Below are positions 39,985-51,235 of a DNA stretch of 64,000 nucleotides, piece after piece. This DNA comes from Selaginella moellendorffii (Eukaryota; Plantae; Lycopodiophyta). Position 1 is the stretch's first letter, and each line of letters begins with the position of its first letter. The position numbers and the translations under genes were made by a program. The notes under the pieces were generated by a model, which was given only the letters and a program-made list of their open reading frames with translations, made no database searches and was not told the origin of the DNA. The stretch covers positions 817,788-881,787 of the forward strand of contig NW_003314274.1 of assembly GCF_000143415.4 (NCBI RefSeq). The letters run 5' to 3'.

Positions 39985-40080
39985 AGCGCAAATGGCGATC
40001 CCTGCGCGGACGAGTTTGGCGTTCTGACCCGATCCGATGCAACTGGGATCGATCGATCGAACGACGATCGACGAGAAGAT
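39985..40080 (+). pseudogene. Inverted, deleted fragment of CLE gene exon 2
   Basis: GATCCCTGCGCGGACGAGTTTGGCGT..CCCGATCCGATGCA matches the minus strand of ~48860-49020 but lacks much of the CLE motif. Confidence 0.7.
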
Positions 40081-40384
40081 GGTCTCAATAGTATAACACC
40101 AAGCTCTTCAATCTGCTCGTCCGCCTCATATGAATCAAGTTCTTTTGTTCTTTCGCCATTACGTTTTAAGCTTGTTGTTTCTACTAACATTCGAATGCTG
40201 TCATTTTTTGCGCGATATATACCGTCACTGTGCCTTCTTCTCCCGCCCCACGCAGCTTGGCCGCCTCCCATTGGCCAAGAGCAAACATCCGAAAAATTTC
40301 TCACGCAACCATGGCTACTGACCCTGGCCCGGGCCTGGGATCCAACGGCCGGCAAGCCTCCCCGCTATCGCTTTATATGTATAG

Positions 40385-40700
40385 ATGGCTAGCCACTTTT
40401 CTATCCTTGTCCTACCAGTGTCAACACAATCTCTTGCCTATTGTGGAGTACATGCTATGTGGCTTGAGTAGTCAAAGGCGCCAAGTTTTCTTCCACTTCC
40501 CAGTAACCAAGCAAGGACAACATTAAGATCATTCTAAAAACTTTTCAACTGCTCGTACCTCTAGCTGATCACCCATGTTGACCACCAGCATTCCCTCGAG
40601 TGCACGCCGGTGTGGCCTTCCATACCCAAGCCCTGCGTTGGGTTTGGGCAAGCCGGATAGCTCGTCTAAAGGACCATGTCTTCGAATGCTTCCACAAGAC
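40385..40700 (-). pseudogene. 2-oxoglutarate/Fe(II) dioxygenase fragment with rearranged 3' flank
   Basis: DELSGL...ALEGMLVVNMGDQLE followed by a GT donor; 40385-40500 duplicates ~46880-46990 with a small inversion. Confidence 0.6.
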
Positions 40701-41406
40701 CGGTTATGCGGAGGCCAAGTCCCTCAGACATGGCCAACAGCATCCTCTTCCCGGCATTGAAGATGTTTCTAGCGTTCTCGGATCCAACGTCCCTGTTGCA
40801 TTGCAAATGATACAGAGGCAATAGCAGTGACATAATAATCAAGGAGCGAGCCGGAGCGAGATACTGACTTGTAGCTGGCTGGGAACTCGGGCCAGGGGTG
40901 CGCTCCGAGGGACTCTTCCTTGAGCCACATCTGGAGGTGGTCGTGTCACTCGAGCTTCTCTTCTTTCGAAGGCATCGTGCTGGTGTAGTAGCGGCGGGAG
41001 TGAAGATCTCGTCGGTGTAGTACCGCGTCTTGTGTTCGCTGGGCGAGTTGAGAGCACCTCATCACATCCTCGGTGTGAATTCCGTGGTTCTTGAGCTGCA
41101 AGTCAGAAGAACAAATATGTAAAGGAAACTTTTTGAATACTTAACGTAGAACATCCTATATCCCCGGAGACATCGGCAGCTCCATTCAGCATCATGTATC
41201 TGTCCGGAACGCTGTCCAGCGTCCCGTTGCAGCGGCCTTGATGCCAGCCATGGATTTGGGACCGTGCGTGTATGCAAGCTTGAAAGATGAAGCTTCTGAA
41301 AGATGGAAGTGGGGATGTATGCGTGGACGCTGCAGCTTCGAGTCCGAGAAACTCCTCCACAAGTTTGGCATTGGACGGCCGTTCAATGCCAAACTTTCTA
41401 GCGGCT

Positions 41407-41694
41407 NNNNNNNNNNNNNNNNNNNNNNNNNNNNNNNNNNNNNNNNNNNNNNNNNNNNNNNNNNNNNNNNNNNNNNNNNNNNNNNNNNNNNNNNNNNNNN
41501 NNNNNNNNNNNNNNNNNNNNNNNNNNNNNNNNNNNNNNNNNNNNNNNNNNNNNNNNNNNNNNNNNNNNNNNNNNNNNNNNNNNNNNNNNNNNNNNNNNNN
41601 NNNNNNNNNNNNNNNNNNNNNNNNNNNNNNNNNNNNNNNNNNNNNNNNNNNNNNNNNNNNNNNNNNNNNNNNNNNNNNNNNNNNNNNNNNNNNN
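41407..41694. other. Assembly gap (N run)
   Basis: Run of N. Confidence 1.
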
Positions 41695-42242
41695 ATGTTT
41701 CTTTGGGTGGAGCTTTCACCTTGGATCGAGTTAGGAAACGAAGGACCTACGACAACTTCTACTTTGTTGCTCTTGATTGACACAGAAAAGAATCAGAACA
41801 AAAGCACAAAAACAGAAGGAAAAGATGAACTCACAAGAGGTTGTCGAGGATTGGCACGGAGTAGTACATTTTAATCGCGTAAAGACTCCAGTGCTCCGCC
41901 TTGGGCGCCGGCCAAACGGTAGGTCGCCACGTCCGTGTTAGATCGAGAGACCTCCCCGCGTGAACCAAAGCTGATGGCCGAGTCCTCACCTTGCGACTCC
42001 ACTCCACTCCCGCGGCTTCGTTCCTCTCCAGCTCCTCCATCAATTGCCTCACCGGCCTCATTGCAAACCAGTATAACTCGACCATGCACGTCCCCCATAC
42101 CCATTGGCAGCATCTGTTGCCAAAACCAGTCAGAAACTCTCTCAGATCCGGACATGAAAGAACTTTGTCACTCAAAAGTTCTTTATTTTGTTTTTGAAAC
42201 AAAAGTTTACTTAGTACCGAAGTAATTCAACCGAGGCTTCAT

Positions 42243-44266
42243 TTAGACTAGGTAGTCAAACGAGATTTTGCCATCCCAATTTTTCATTTCCAACTCGAAA
42301 TCCGTTCGGACGTCCGATGTCTCCACCATGGTTACTTTAGCTCTGGTCTTGTTCCCACTCGGAAAAAGCTGTACTGAAAGGAAAACCACACACCCGTGTT
42401 CTGGAACGACTAATATTGGCGAGTCTTCCGTTGTGACATTAATCACAAACACTTGAGCAGAATGCTGCTTGGCATACCGCTCGGCTTTCGATACGTAACC
42501 TTCCACATCATCGTTGACAACCAACTCACAGCCAAACTTGGAAAAGTTGTCGTTGTTCCGGACTAGTATGTCAAGCCGTTCCTGCAGCCGAGCTCAGAAA
42601 TCAGAGAGCCTCAAAACAAAACAAAGATGCCTACCTGCGTGTCTCTTTTGTCAAGATACTCCGCAGCTATCTTAACTTTAGGGACGAGCTTCGCATCAAC
42701 CAAGGGGTACGCTTGCGTCAAAACAGCCTTTATCCTGGTGAACAACATGAATTGGTAAGAATACTTGGATAACTCCCCTGCCCGTTTTATACACTCTGGC
42801 CTGCACAATGCCTCCCCATCCAAAGTTCTAATTGCCTGGAAAACAACCCACAGAGGATCAACCCGCAACGCCTGTGCAGGAGGGTCCACCGAACCGCTCG
42901 TGATAACACATCTTCGCAATATAATACTCCGTAGCATTGGTGAAGAAATCCGCACGTCATAACCATCCGGTTTTGCCTCCTGTGCGATTAATACACCTTG
43001 AGCAATGAGATTCCGCAGCTCCAGCATCACCATCTGATCATTGCAGTGACGCTTGTCTTCTTTAAGGAACGACAGGAGCAGATCAAAGTCACGGCCAGTT
43101 GCACCCTTCTTGAAAGCGGACAGAATCTTAGAGTAAGTTTGCTGTCCAAAAACATAAGTCGAAAGATGAAACGAGTCAGTTGCCTCAATCCACTGTCTGC
43201 TAGTCCACAGCTCCCTGTCCACCAAGTAGTCCAAGCATGAACCGACTATCCCTTTGTGACCACCTGTCATTTCTATGACCGACGTAGCAATCCGCTCAAT
43301 CTCAATCTGTACTCCTTGGAGGTCGGCTTGTGCCTGCTGCAGCAGGTTCTCAACATCGCCTACTAAGAACCTCACTGGCTCCGAAAGGAAACTGTACGAG
43401 AAAGGCAAATACAGGCTGGGCGTACTACTCGGTACATAGACCCTGTTTAGCTCCGCTGCATCTTCACGCCGCCTCAAGTATTGAGCTTCAAGAAGATCCT
43501 TGACAGTCTCAACACCAACCAGAAGGACACCGTTGAAGTTGTAGTCATCATCGTCTCTAATCCCTTTGAGAGTGCTGAAGAAATCGTCAAGGCAATCCGA
43601 AGAGGCTGAGAGCAACGCGTCGGCTTCATCTATAATGAGTGTAACCTTGATCGGCAGGTTCTTCACAAGAAACAGCGACCTGAAGCTCCAATCTGTGCAT
43701 TCTTCGCCTGTAGGCCTAGCCGGGAACAAATCAGCACATTTGCCATGAAGATGGTCGCAAAGCGCAGCCCAGAACCTGTTCCTGCTCCAGCATTTATCCA
43801 CTGACACCTTGTCCAAATACACCACACAGATATCTGGATCAAGTGATAACTCCCTCTTCACAGCCATTGCCATGGTGCTCTTCCCGCTTTGTCGTGCGCC
43901 ACATAGAACACAATACTTGCCGTGCTTCAGCTTGTCCACAAGCTGAGTAACATCAGGGGGTACGTAGTAGTGTTTCTGGGGATCCGTAATACCTCCTACG
44001 GCAAAGGTTCGCTTCGGAGCGGTATCTGGTTTGCGCACTAGTGTGAAAACGTACCTATGCCCGAGGAGCAGCTCAGTTTGCCTGCTTACTATGATGGATC
44101 CAGTGGTATCCTCGATCGCTATGTCCTTGGCTGGCCGGTCCAGCTTGTGAGCCATGAAATCGATCACTTCTCCCGCAGTGATACCGTAAGAGAATCGCCA
44201 TGGGTGGCCGAACCCAATTACCTGCACTGACTCCGCTACATCAGCGCGTCGCTTACTAGAGCCCAT
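42243..44266 (-). CDS. AAA+/STAND-like P-loop NTPase with C-terminal PD-(D/E)xK-like domain (Crinkler/CR-effector-like); 2 exons (44266-42635, 42581-42243), 656 aa
   Basis: FAVGG..P.KHYYVPP, Walker A GARQSGKST, Walker B TLIIDEAD, TGGHKG; a 53-bp GT-AG phase-0 intron joins the 551-aa ORF to RLDILV..GCELVV..AERYAK. Confidence 0.8.
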
Positions 44267-44444
44267 GATAAGGGTTCGATTCCTCTTGTAAGAGAATATT
44301 CGTGGAATTCTCGTATTGAGGGAATATTCGTGATTCCCTCTTAGGTCAAATTATTCAGTTAGCAGCGGCTGGCATTCCAGAGTACATTCATGATTTCCTA
44401 TCCCAAATATGGAGCAGGATCACGTCCCACTATGAAAAAGAAAG

Positions 44445-46878
44445 ATGGCACCCTCATCTTCCTTAACTTTAGAAGTGTACGATGGCAAAGATTTCCAGTC
44501 ATGGAAAACTTAGATGCAATTTTACTTTGTGGAAAAGGATCTCTGGAGCGTGATCTAGAGCAGCATCAAGCTAGAGGACGATGTGGATGAGAAAAAGAGT
44601 GATGCCAAGGACAACAAAGCATTAGGGGTCCTGGGACGAGGCCTCAAGAAAGAAATATCGAAGCTACCTTAACATCAACAAGACGGCAAAGGAAAACTGG
44701 GATGCTGTGTGTGTGATCCTTGGTACAACAACCAGAGCAAGATTGTTGGAACTCAAACTACAGCTGAAGAGCCGTAAACAGGGGGAGACAGAATCTGTAA
44801 GTGATTTTGCCAGTGCTCTTGTAGACATCGCCAAGCAGATCGGTGCAGTTCAAATGAAGTAAAATTGCATTTGAGTTTTCCATGACTGGAAATCTTTGCC
44901 ATCATACACTTCCAAGGTTAAGGAAGATGAGGGTGCCATCTTTCTTTTGTAGATTCTTACAGATTCTGTCTCCCCCTGGTTACAACTGTTCAGCTGTAGT
45001 TTGAGTTCCAACAATCTTGCTCTGGTTGTTGTACCAAAGATCACACCTTCGCCATCTTGTTGATGTCAAGGTAGCTTCGATATTTCTTTATCAATGATGA
45101 TGAGTTGACCATAGCTTTCTTCAAGGGGCTTAGTAGACCAATGCAACTCGCAGGCGGTCACATCATTTAAATTCCAGTAACACTTTCAGCCAGATTGTAG
45201 CCAACCTCACAGCGTTGGAGGGTTTTCTCAAGTCAGGGCAAGCGAGCTCAAATGAGAAAGAATTGGCACTCTTCTGATCTGTCACAGTGTGGGACAGACT
45301 AGAACCAACGAACGATCAGGGTGAGAGCTGCAAATAAGAAAAGTTCAAAAAGAAAAAGAAAATGATCACTATACCATTTGCAAGAAACCAGGGCACTGGG
45401 CATGAGAAGAGGCCAAGAAAGCTAAGGAGGTGCGAAAAGCTGAGGCAAAGAGAGTGGCAGCAAGAAAGAACATGTCAGCCAGCTTTGCCAGAACAGCAGA
45501 AAGTAGTGAGGATGACGACCAGGAGGATGTGGACGACCAAGGCAGCTTGTTCATGGCCACTAGTATCCAGCAGGTTGCAAAGAACACTCTTGGAACAGGA
45601 GCAGAAGTGGTATACCTTGATTCTGGGGCAAATATATACCATGTTGAAGAAGGTTCCAGGAAATAAGGGAATTTTTCTTGGCAACAATCACTCATAGAAG
45701 GTGGAGGGTGTTGGGATGATTGACATCAAGCTGCCAATAGGATAGATCACCAGCGTGAAGAATGTTTATTATGTTCTTGGAGTAAATAAGATGCTTTTCT
45801 CAGATCTAGAGATCACATTCACAAAGAGGATGTGTGTAATCATATATGTGAATGGAAATGGAGTAGCCTGTGGTAGAAGACATGTTAGTCTCTATCAACT
45901 TAATGTTAAGGTGGTGCAGCCAGTGAGAACTCTCTTTGCTAGGACAAAAAAGACAATGAACCTCCAGACATGGCACAGGAGACTCATGCCACACCAATTT
46001 ACAGGACATCAAAGAATTAGCAGCAAAAGAGATGGTAAAAGGTTTGAGCAATATGAAGTGTAAAGTTTTGCGAGCCGTGTGCACTCGGTAAACACCATTG
46101 AGACTCCCTTTTTCACAGATAGCCACTAATCGTGCTAAAGGACCTAACACTGATCCATTCTGATATCTCTGGCAATAAAAAGTTATAGTTAGTAACTTTC
46201 ATAGATGACTACGCACGAATCACAAGTCAGAAACCTTCCAGAAATTCAAGGAATACAAGGCTCAGGTGACAGGAAAGAAAATCAAAATGTTAAGTGATGG
46301 GTATACATCCCAGTTTATGTGCCATCCTCCAGACATGGCACATAAGACTCATGCCACACCAATCTACAGGATATCAAAGAATTAATGGCAAAAGAGATGG
46401 TAAAAGGTTTAAGCATCATCTCATCAAGTGCAATGAAGTTTTGTGAGCCGTGTGCACTCAATAAACACCACTGCTCCTTTTCCACAGATAGCCACTAATC
46501 ATGCTAAAGGACCTCTAGCACTGATTCATTCTGATCTCTTTGGCAATAAGAAGTTATATTTCATGACCTTCATAGACGACTACTCACGAATCATAGCAAT
46601 GAAGTTTCTCCAGCTCAAGTCAACAGCCTTCCAGAAATTCAAGGAATACAAAGCTTAGGTGGAGTTGCAAACAGGAAAGGAAATTAAAATGCTAAGAAGT
46701 GATGGAAGCAGGGAGTATACATCTAGGGAATTTGCCAGTTTTTGTATTTCCTCTGGAATACAGCAGCAATTTTCAATCCCTGACACAATCGTGTAGCAGA
46801 GCGAATGAATCACACACTCCAGGAGGCAGCACGAACTCTTTTGTGAGACTCGCAATGGCAGCATACTTCATCAATGTT
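44445..46878 (+). mobile_element. Decayed Ty1/copia gag-protease-integrase with internal inverted and direct duplications
   Basis: YDGKDFQSWK, TRARLLELKLQL, CKKPGHW, YLDSGA, LQTWHRRL, LIHSDLFG..FIDDYSR, KMLRSDG; integrase directly follows protease (copia domain order); no RT or LTRs seen. Confidence 0.88.
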
Positions 46879-46879
46879 A

Positions 46880-47150
46880 TGGCTAGCCACTTTTCTATCC
46901 TTGTCCTACCAGTTTCAACACAATCTCTTGCCTATTGAGGGAGTGGGGAGTGGAAGAAAACTTGGCGCCTTTGACTACTCAAGCCACATAGACATTCTTC
47001 CCAGAGAAGTGGTCCGTGTACACCTCGTGCATGTAGTCCCTGTGTCCTCCTGCGGTACTTTGCCGGACTCTTGCTGAATGCTATTAGGATGTAGCCACAC
47101 GTTAAATCGTTGCATCGATGTTCTGAACTGTGATATAAACCTTTTCCACC
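46880..47150 (-). pseudogene. 2-oxoglutarate/Fe(II) dioxygenase last-exon fragment
   Basis: GLYHSSEHR and SPAKYRR resemble the family NG.YKS..HR and P..Y motifs. Confidence 0.55.
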
Positions 47151-47151
47151 A

Positions 47152-48667
47152 CAGAGATAGCCGCTGGAACAATTGCAACCAAGCAAGATGCTCTTTACTT
47201 TTTGACGTGGACGTATCTGTACCGGCGGCTGGTTATGAATCTAAGCTAGTATTTTGAAGCAATGAGTCCCGGCATCTGTAACTCTATGTTATCTTCACTC
47301 CCCGCATCAGCTAGTGCTTCAGGTGTGCCATTCACAAGAGTTAAAGGGAGCAAGCTCCACAAAGATACTGCGCATGGACAACGAACAGCGAAGCAGATCA
47401 TCAACTTGGACACGAAGCAGTCAGCGTTAAGAGAGAATAGACAGAAAACTTTACCTTGACAAGAAGTGATTGATGGACTCAGCGGTTTTGTCTTCCAATT
47501 GGTGAAGTGCGTGCATGAGATTCGTGATGTACCCATTTCTTTCTCCTTGGGCTGCTCCAGTGGTGATGGTCAAGAAATCTTCATTACACAACAGTGGCAC
47601 TTTTCAGCTCAAACATACACTCTGATAGTTCGTTGGAGGTACGATCGCTGAGAAGGTCGACTTCTGACTGATTGATCTTTGTGCACAGGAGCTATTGCAG
47701 CTGCTTTCATCTGCTGCGGAGTATGACGAGCTTCCTGTCCGGCATAACGAGGTACAGCCGCTTAGAGTCTCCGTTTACTGACCAGCACGCAATTCTTGCG
47801 CAGCAAGCACGAATGCCTGTGGACAATAAGCTGCTAGATGACCCTCATGTGAAGGCATCTTGTTGTTTCAGGTAAAAAAGAAATTCTAAGTCGTGAATCC
47901 GGCGCTGAAATTTAATTGTACCAGGCTCATTTCCCACCACTGGAGCTACCAATTTCTGACTACGTGACAGACACGAAGTCAGTGCTGGACCAAAGCATAC
48001 GTATACTTCAAGCGATGGTGGATGCTGCTGCCAATGGAGGATGGCTCAGAACGACCATTCGGACTGTGCAACTCCTGCAGATGATTATGCAGGTAGAGCT
48101 GATGATTTCATTGCAATGTTATTATAATTCGCGTCTTTGGCAAGGAACTTGGTCTGATCATCGCCACAGAGCTTTTGCCTTCGCTGTCCACGCTGTTCGA
48201 GCGCTTTATGCCTCAGTCCAAGTTCATGAAGTCATACAGGTGATTATCTCCACGCTTGACGGATGGTTTGACTTTTGTCCTTCTTGCATTGTCAGGCATG
48301 GAATTTTCTTCCACGAATCGATCCTTCGTGGAGGGTGCGAGATCAAAGGCTGAGTGAGGGGGACAAGTTCATGTCGTTCGCACTGGACATCGAAGTCACG
48401 TCGAAAAGCAGCACTCGATCTTTCCTGCCTCAATACTCGAAGGTGAGATACAGTTTTGATGAATAACTCTCATTGAAAGGTATGAGTTTGATCTAGGCCG
48501 ACGTAGAAATCTATCTCCTGGAATCACGAAAACAAACTAGGGGATCAATCCGCTTGGTTTGTGGTTCAAGGAAGAGGGATGGTGGATCGTTGTAGGAATC
48601 ACAAGCACTTGGGAGCTCTTCGCCATGAGGCGCGTGAGCATTCCACACAAACCAAGTGCTAGAAATT
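47152..48667 (+). pseudogene. Rearranged partial duplicate of the ASCC3 3' end (introns retained; ~47248-47497 inverted)
   Basis: High similarity to ~37938-38850 and ~39665-39985, with frameshifts, deletions and an inversion. Confidence 0.92.
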
Positions 48668-48911
48668 ACCTTAGAAAATTTTTGCTGGCTTTGATACAAA
48701 TCCAAGTGAAGAGCCGCTCTCTATGGAAATGGTAAACACGCTCGCAAGATATAGAATATGCCAAAAGGTGCTTATACCCTAGAATATGCGAGAAGATACT
48801 CTTTACTAGAACGATGATGCTGTTACAGCAGAAACTATCTCACTCTGCCTCTCTCCTTCTCGTCGATTGTAGATCGGTCGATCGAGATCGATCTATCGCT
48901 CGATCGCTGCT

Positions 48912-49377
48912 CTAGTTGTGGAGCCTGATGCGGCGGTGGTGCATCGGATCGGGGCCGGACGGGATCGCGCGCTCCAAGACGCCAAACTTGTCCGCGCAGG
49001 GATCGCTGCCGCCCCATTTGCGCCCTCCCACCGCCATCGCCACCGCGCGCTGCTGCATGCAACACACAAAGCCTCTGGATTGAGTCGCGAAATCGAAAGA
49101 AACCAAACGATGGATCGATCTTTCAAGAAATCGATCGAAAGAACAAGAAAGAATCGAGATTTCAAGGAAGAAGAACGTCGAAAGAAAAAAGGAACACCTT
49201 CGCTGCTGCTGCTGCTGGGACCGCCTCCGATAGCCGCGAATCGGCGTCGCCGATCGAGACGAGCATTGTGAGGAGAAGCATCGCCACGAGAATCGCCGCG
49301 AGGATCAAGGCGGCGAGGCGACGAGGAGCTGGAGGAGGAGGAGGAGGAGGAGATCCAAGAGGAAGAAGGGACGCCAT
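48912..49377 (-). CDS. CLE: CLE (CLAVATA3/ESR-related) peptide precursor; exons 49377-49198 and 49052-48912, about 106 aa
   Basis: Hydrophobic signal stretch LAALILAAILVAMLLLTMLVS; phase-0 GT-AG intron; dodecapeptide RAIPSGPDPMHH followed by RRIRLHN*. Confidence 0.88.
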
Positions 49378-49665
49378 TGCGATGGAGCTCTGCCGCTCTG
49401 GAAGAATCGAGCGATCGCTCTCTCCTCTTTCTCTCGCGCGGCCGCTCTCTAGCTAACGAGAAAAAAACGAAACAAACGAACAAACGAGAAGGGGAGAAAC
49501 CTCGCATTTTATACTCCAGCAAAGATCTCAGTGAATCACTGCGGCGGTGGATTTTCTCCCGGGTAAAAGTAATTCTCCATGCAAGCTTACCCGGCGTACG
49601 TGGCTGCTATCCAGCCATCCACGCAGGGATTCTCACGCCTTTGCACGGCAGGTATATCCCCTTTT

Positions 49666-50807
49666 TTAGCTGTCGTCCAGAGAGATGTAAACTTTGGGCC
49701 TGGAGAAACGCTTGATCGCGTCCTCTGTTTCTCGGAGCTGCGTGTCCATGTCGATCTTGGAGCGCAGCAAGCTGGGAGTTTCGATCACCAGCGGAAGACC
49801 TCGGAGCTTGTTCTCCAGATCAACTTTGTCTGGCGGTGATCATGCAAGGATCAAGACGACGAAGATTGCAAAGAGAAACTTACTTTCTTCGAGCGTCTTT
49901 AACACCTCTTGCTTCTCCTCGTCGGGCATCAGCACAAATCCTGGAGGCAAGCTTTTAGCCTCCTCTTCCAGCAACCTGTGATTGATCAGCGTAAACTTCG
50001 TATACAGGATAGAGTTTGATGTTCTTACTTGCGTTCCGCATCGAAAGCCAGCTCCATCTTTCTCCGAATCAAACTATGGATAGAAACCATGCATGCTGTG
50101 ACAAATCCTCCAAAAGAGAAAAGGAAAGAACTCACTATGCTGGTATTTTGCCGAAGCTTTCCTTGTTCTTGTTGCCATTGTTCTTTTGCTCCGGTGTCTC
50201 GTGCTTTTGTTTTTGCTTGGGAGGTGGCCGTCGAACGCCAGCCTCCTTGAAGTTCTTGGAGAGAAAGTCCGTCTCTCCAGATCTTACGCTAGCACGCGGA
50301 GGATGATCCTATCATCCAAACAATTTCAGAAAACTTCGCTACCACTGAGCGAAACGAAGAAGAAAAATCTCGAGCTTGATGCTTACCACTTACCAGCCTG
50401 ATTCTTGGAGGCTTCACAGGTGGTGGCTCCGGCTCACTCGCAATCTAGATCAAAGCAACTAGTAAGAATCCACGAAAGCACAAGAAAGAAAAAGAGTGAA
50501 TTCAGACCTGTTTCATCGCGTGACTTCTAGCGCTTAATTCCGAGATGATCGCTCTGTTGTCCCTCCGATGGTCATGAGGTCTGATTCCCATGCGCTGCAT
50601 CATATCTCTGCAAAGACGGGAAATTTCAATCCACGAGGACGAAAAAAAGAAATCACCCAAGAGAAGAGCCACGCAGCTGGAAAATTTGTTCGTTATACTT
50701 TTCGTTAAGTTGTTCTTCGAACTCCACCAATCCAAAATTTCTCTGCTATCCTTGCCTGATTCCTCGCGTCGGATAGAGCAAGCTCGTGATCTGCGAGCTG
50801 TCGACAT
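49666..50807 (-). CDS. Enkurin-domain protein (ENKD1-like); multi-exon, start uncertain
   Basis: Spliced reading gives GIRPHDHRRDN, DFLSKN, FGKIPAYLIRRK, PPGFVLMPDEEK.E.L, LRGLPLVIET, LRETEDAIKRFSRPKVYI..*. Confidence 0.8.
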
Positions 50808-51235
50808 GGCTAGGCATTGGAGTTCTCCTGCTCTTGAATTTCGGGAGGCCGTTAGGGTCTTCGAGGATCTGGAAGAAGAAATTCCACCGCATTGTCAGAA
50901 ATCTCCAGAAAGGAGCGAAGAAAACGAGATAATCTGCGATGATCGGTCGGAAATTTCAAGCAAACGATGGATAGAGCAAGGAAGAGCAGCTAGAAGATCG
51001 ATCTGACCGACCCGAGAGCCACTCGCGCAAGAGAAGGCAGCTACCAGGATGGATTGATCGAGATCTCACCGAGGACGCCGCGGATGATACCCCATCCTTG
51101 AAGATGCTCTCATCGTCCTCGCTCATTTCAAAGAAACGGGAAGCGCCAAGATTAGGGCGGCGTAGGGTAAATGGTCTAAAACCCTAGAAGAGGCGAGAAG
51201 CGCGAGAGAGCGAGAGGGGCGAGCTAAACGGCGCC

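Noticed and set aside
38774-41874. Long ORFs containing X runs
   Set aside because: Artefacts of translation through N gaps.
40800-42230. Additional gene between the dioxygenase fragment and the AAA+ gene
   Set aside because: Coding-like composition on the minus strand, but interrupted by a gap and stops, with no motif I can identify.
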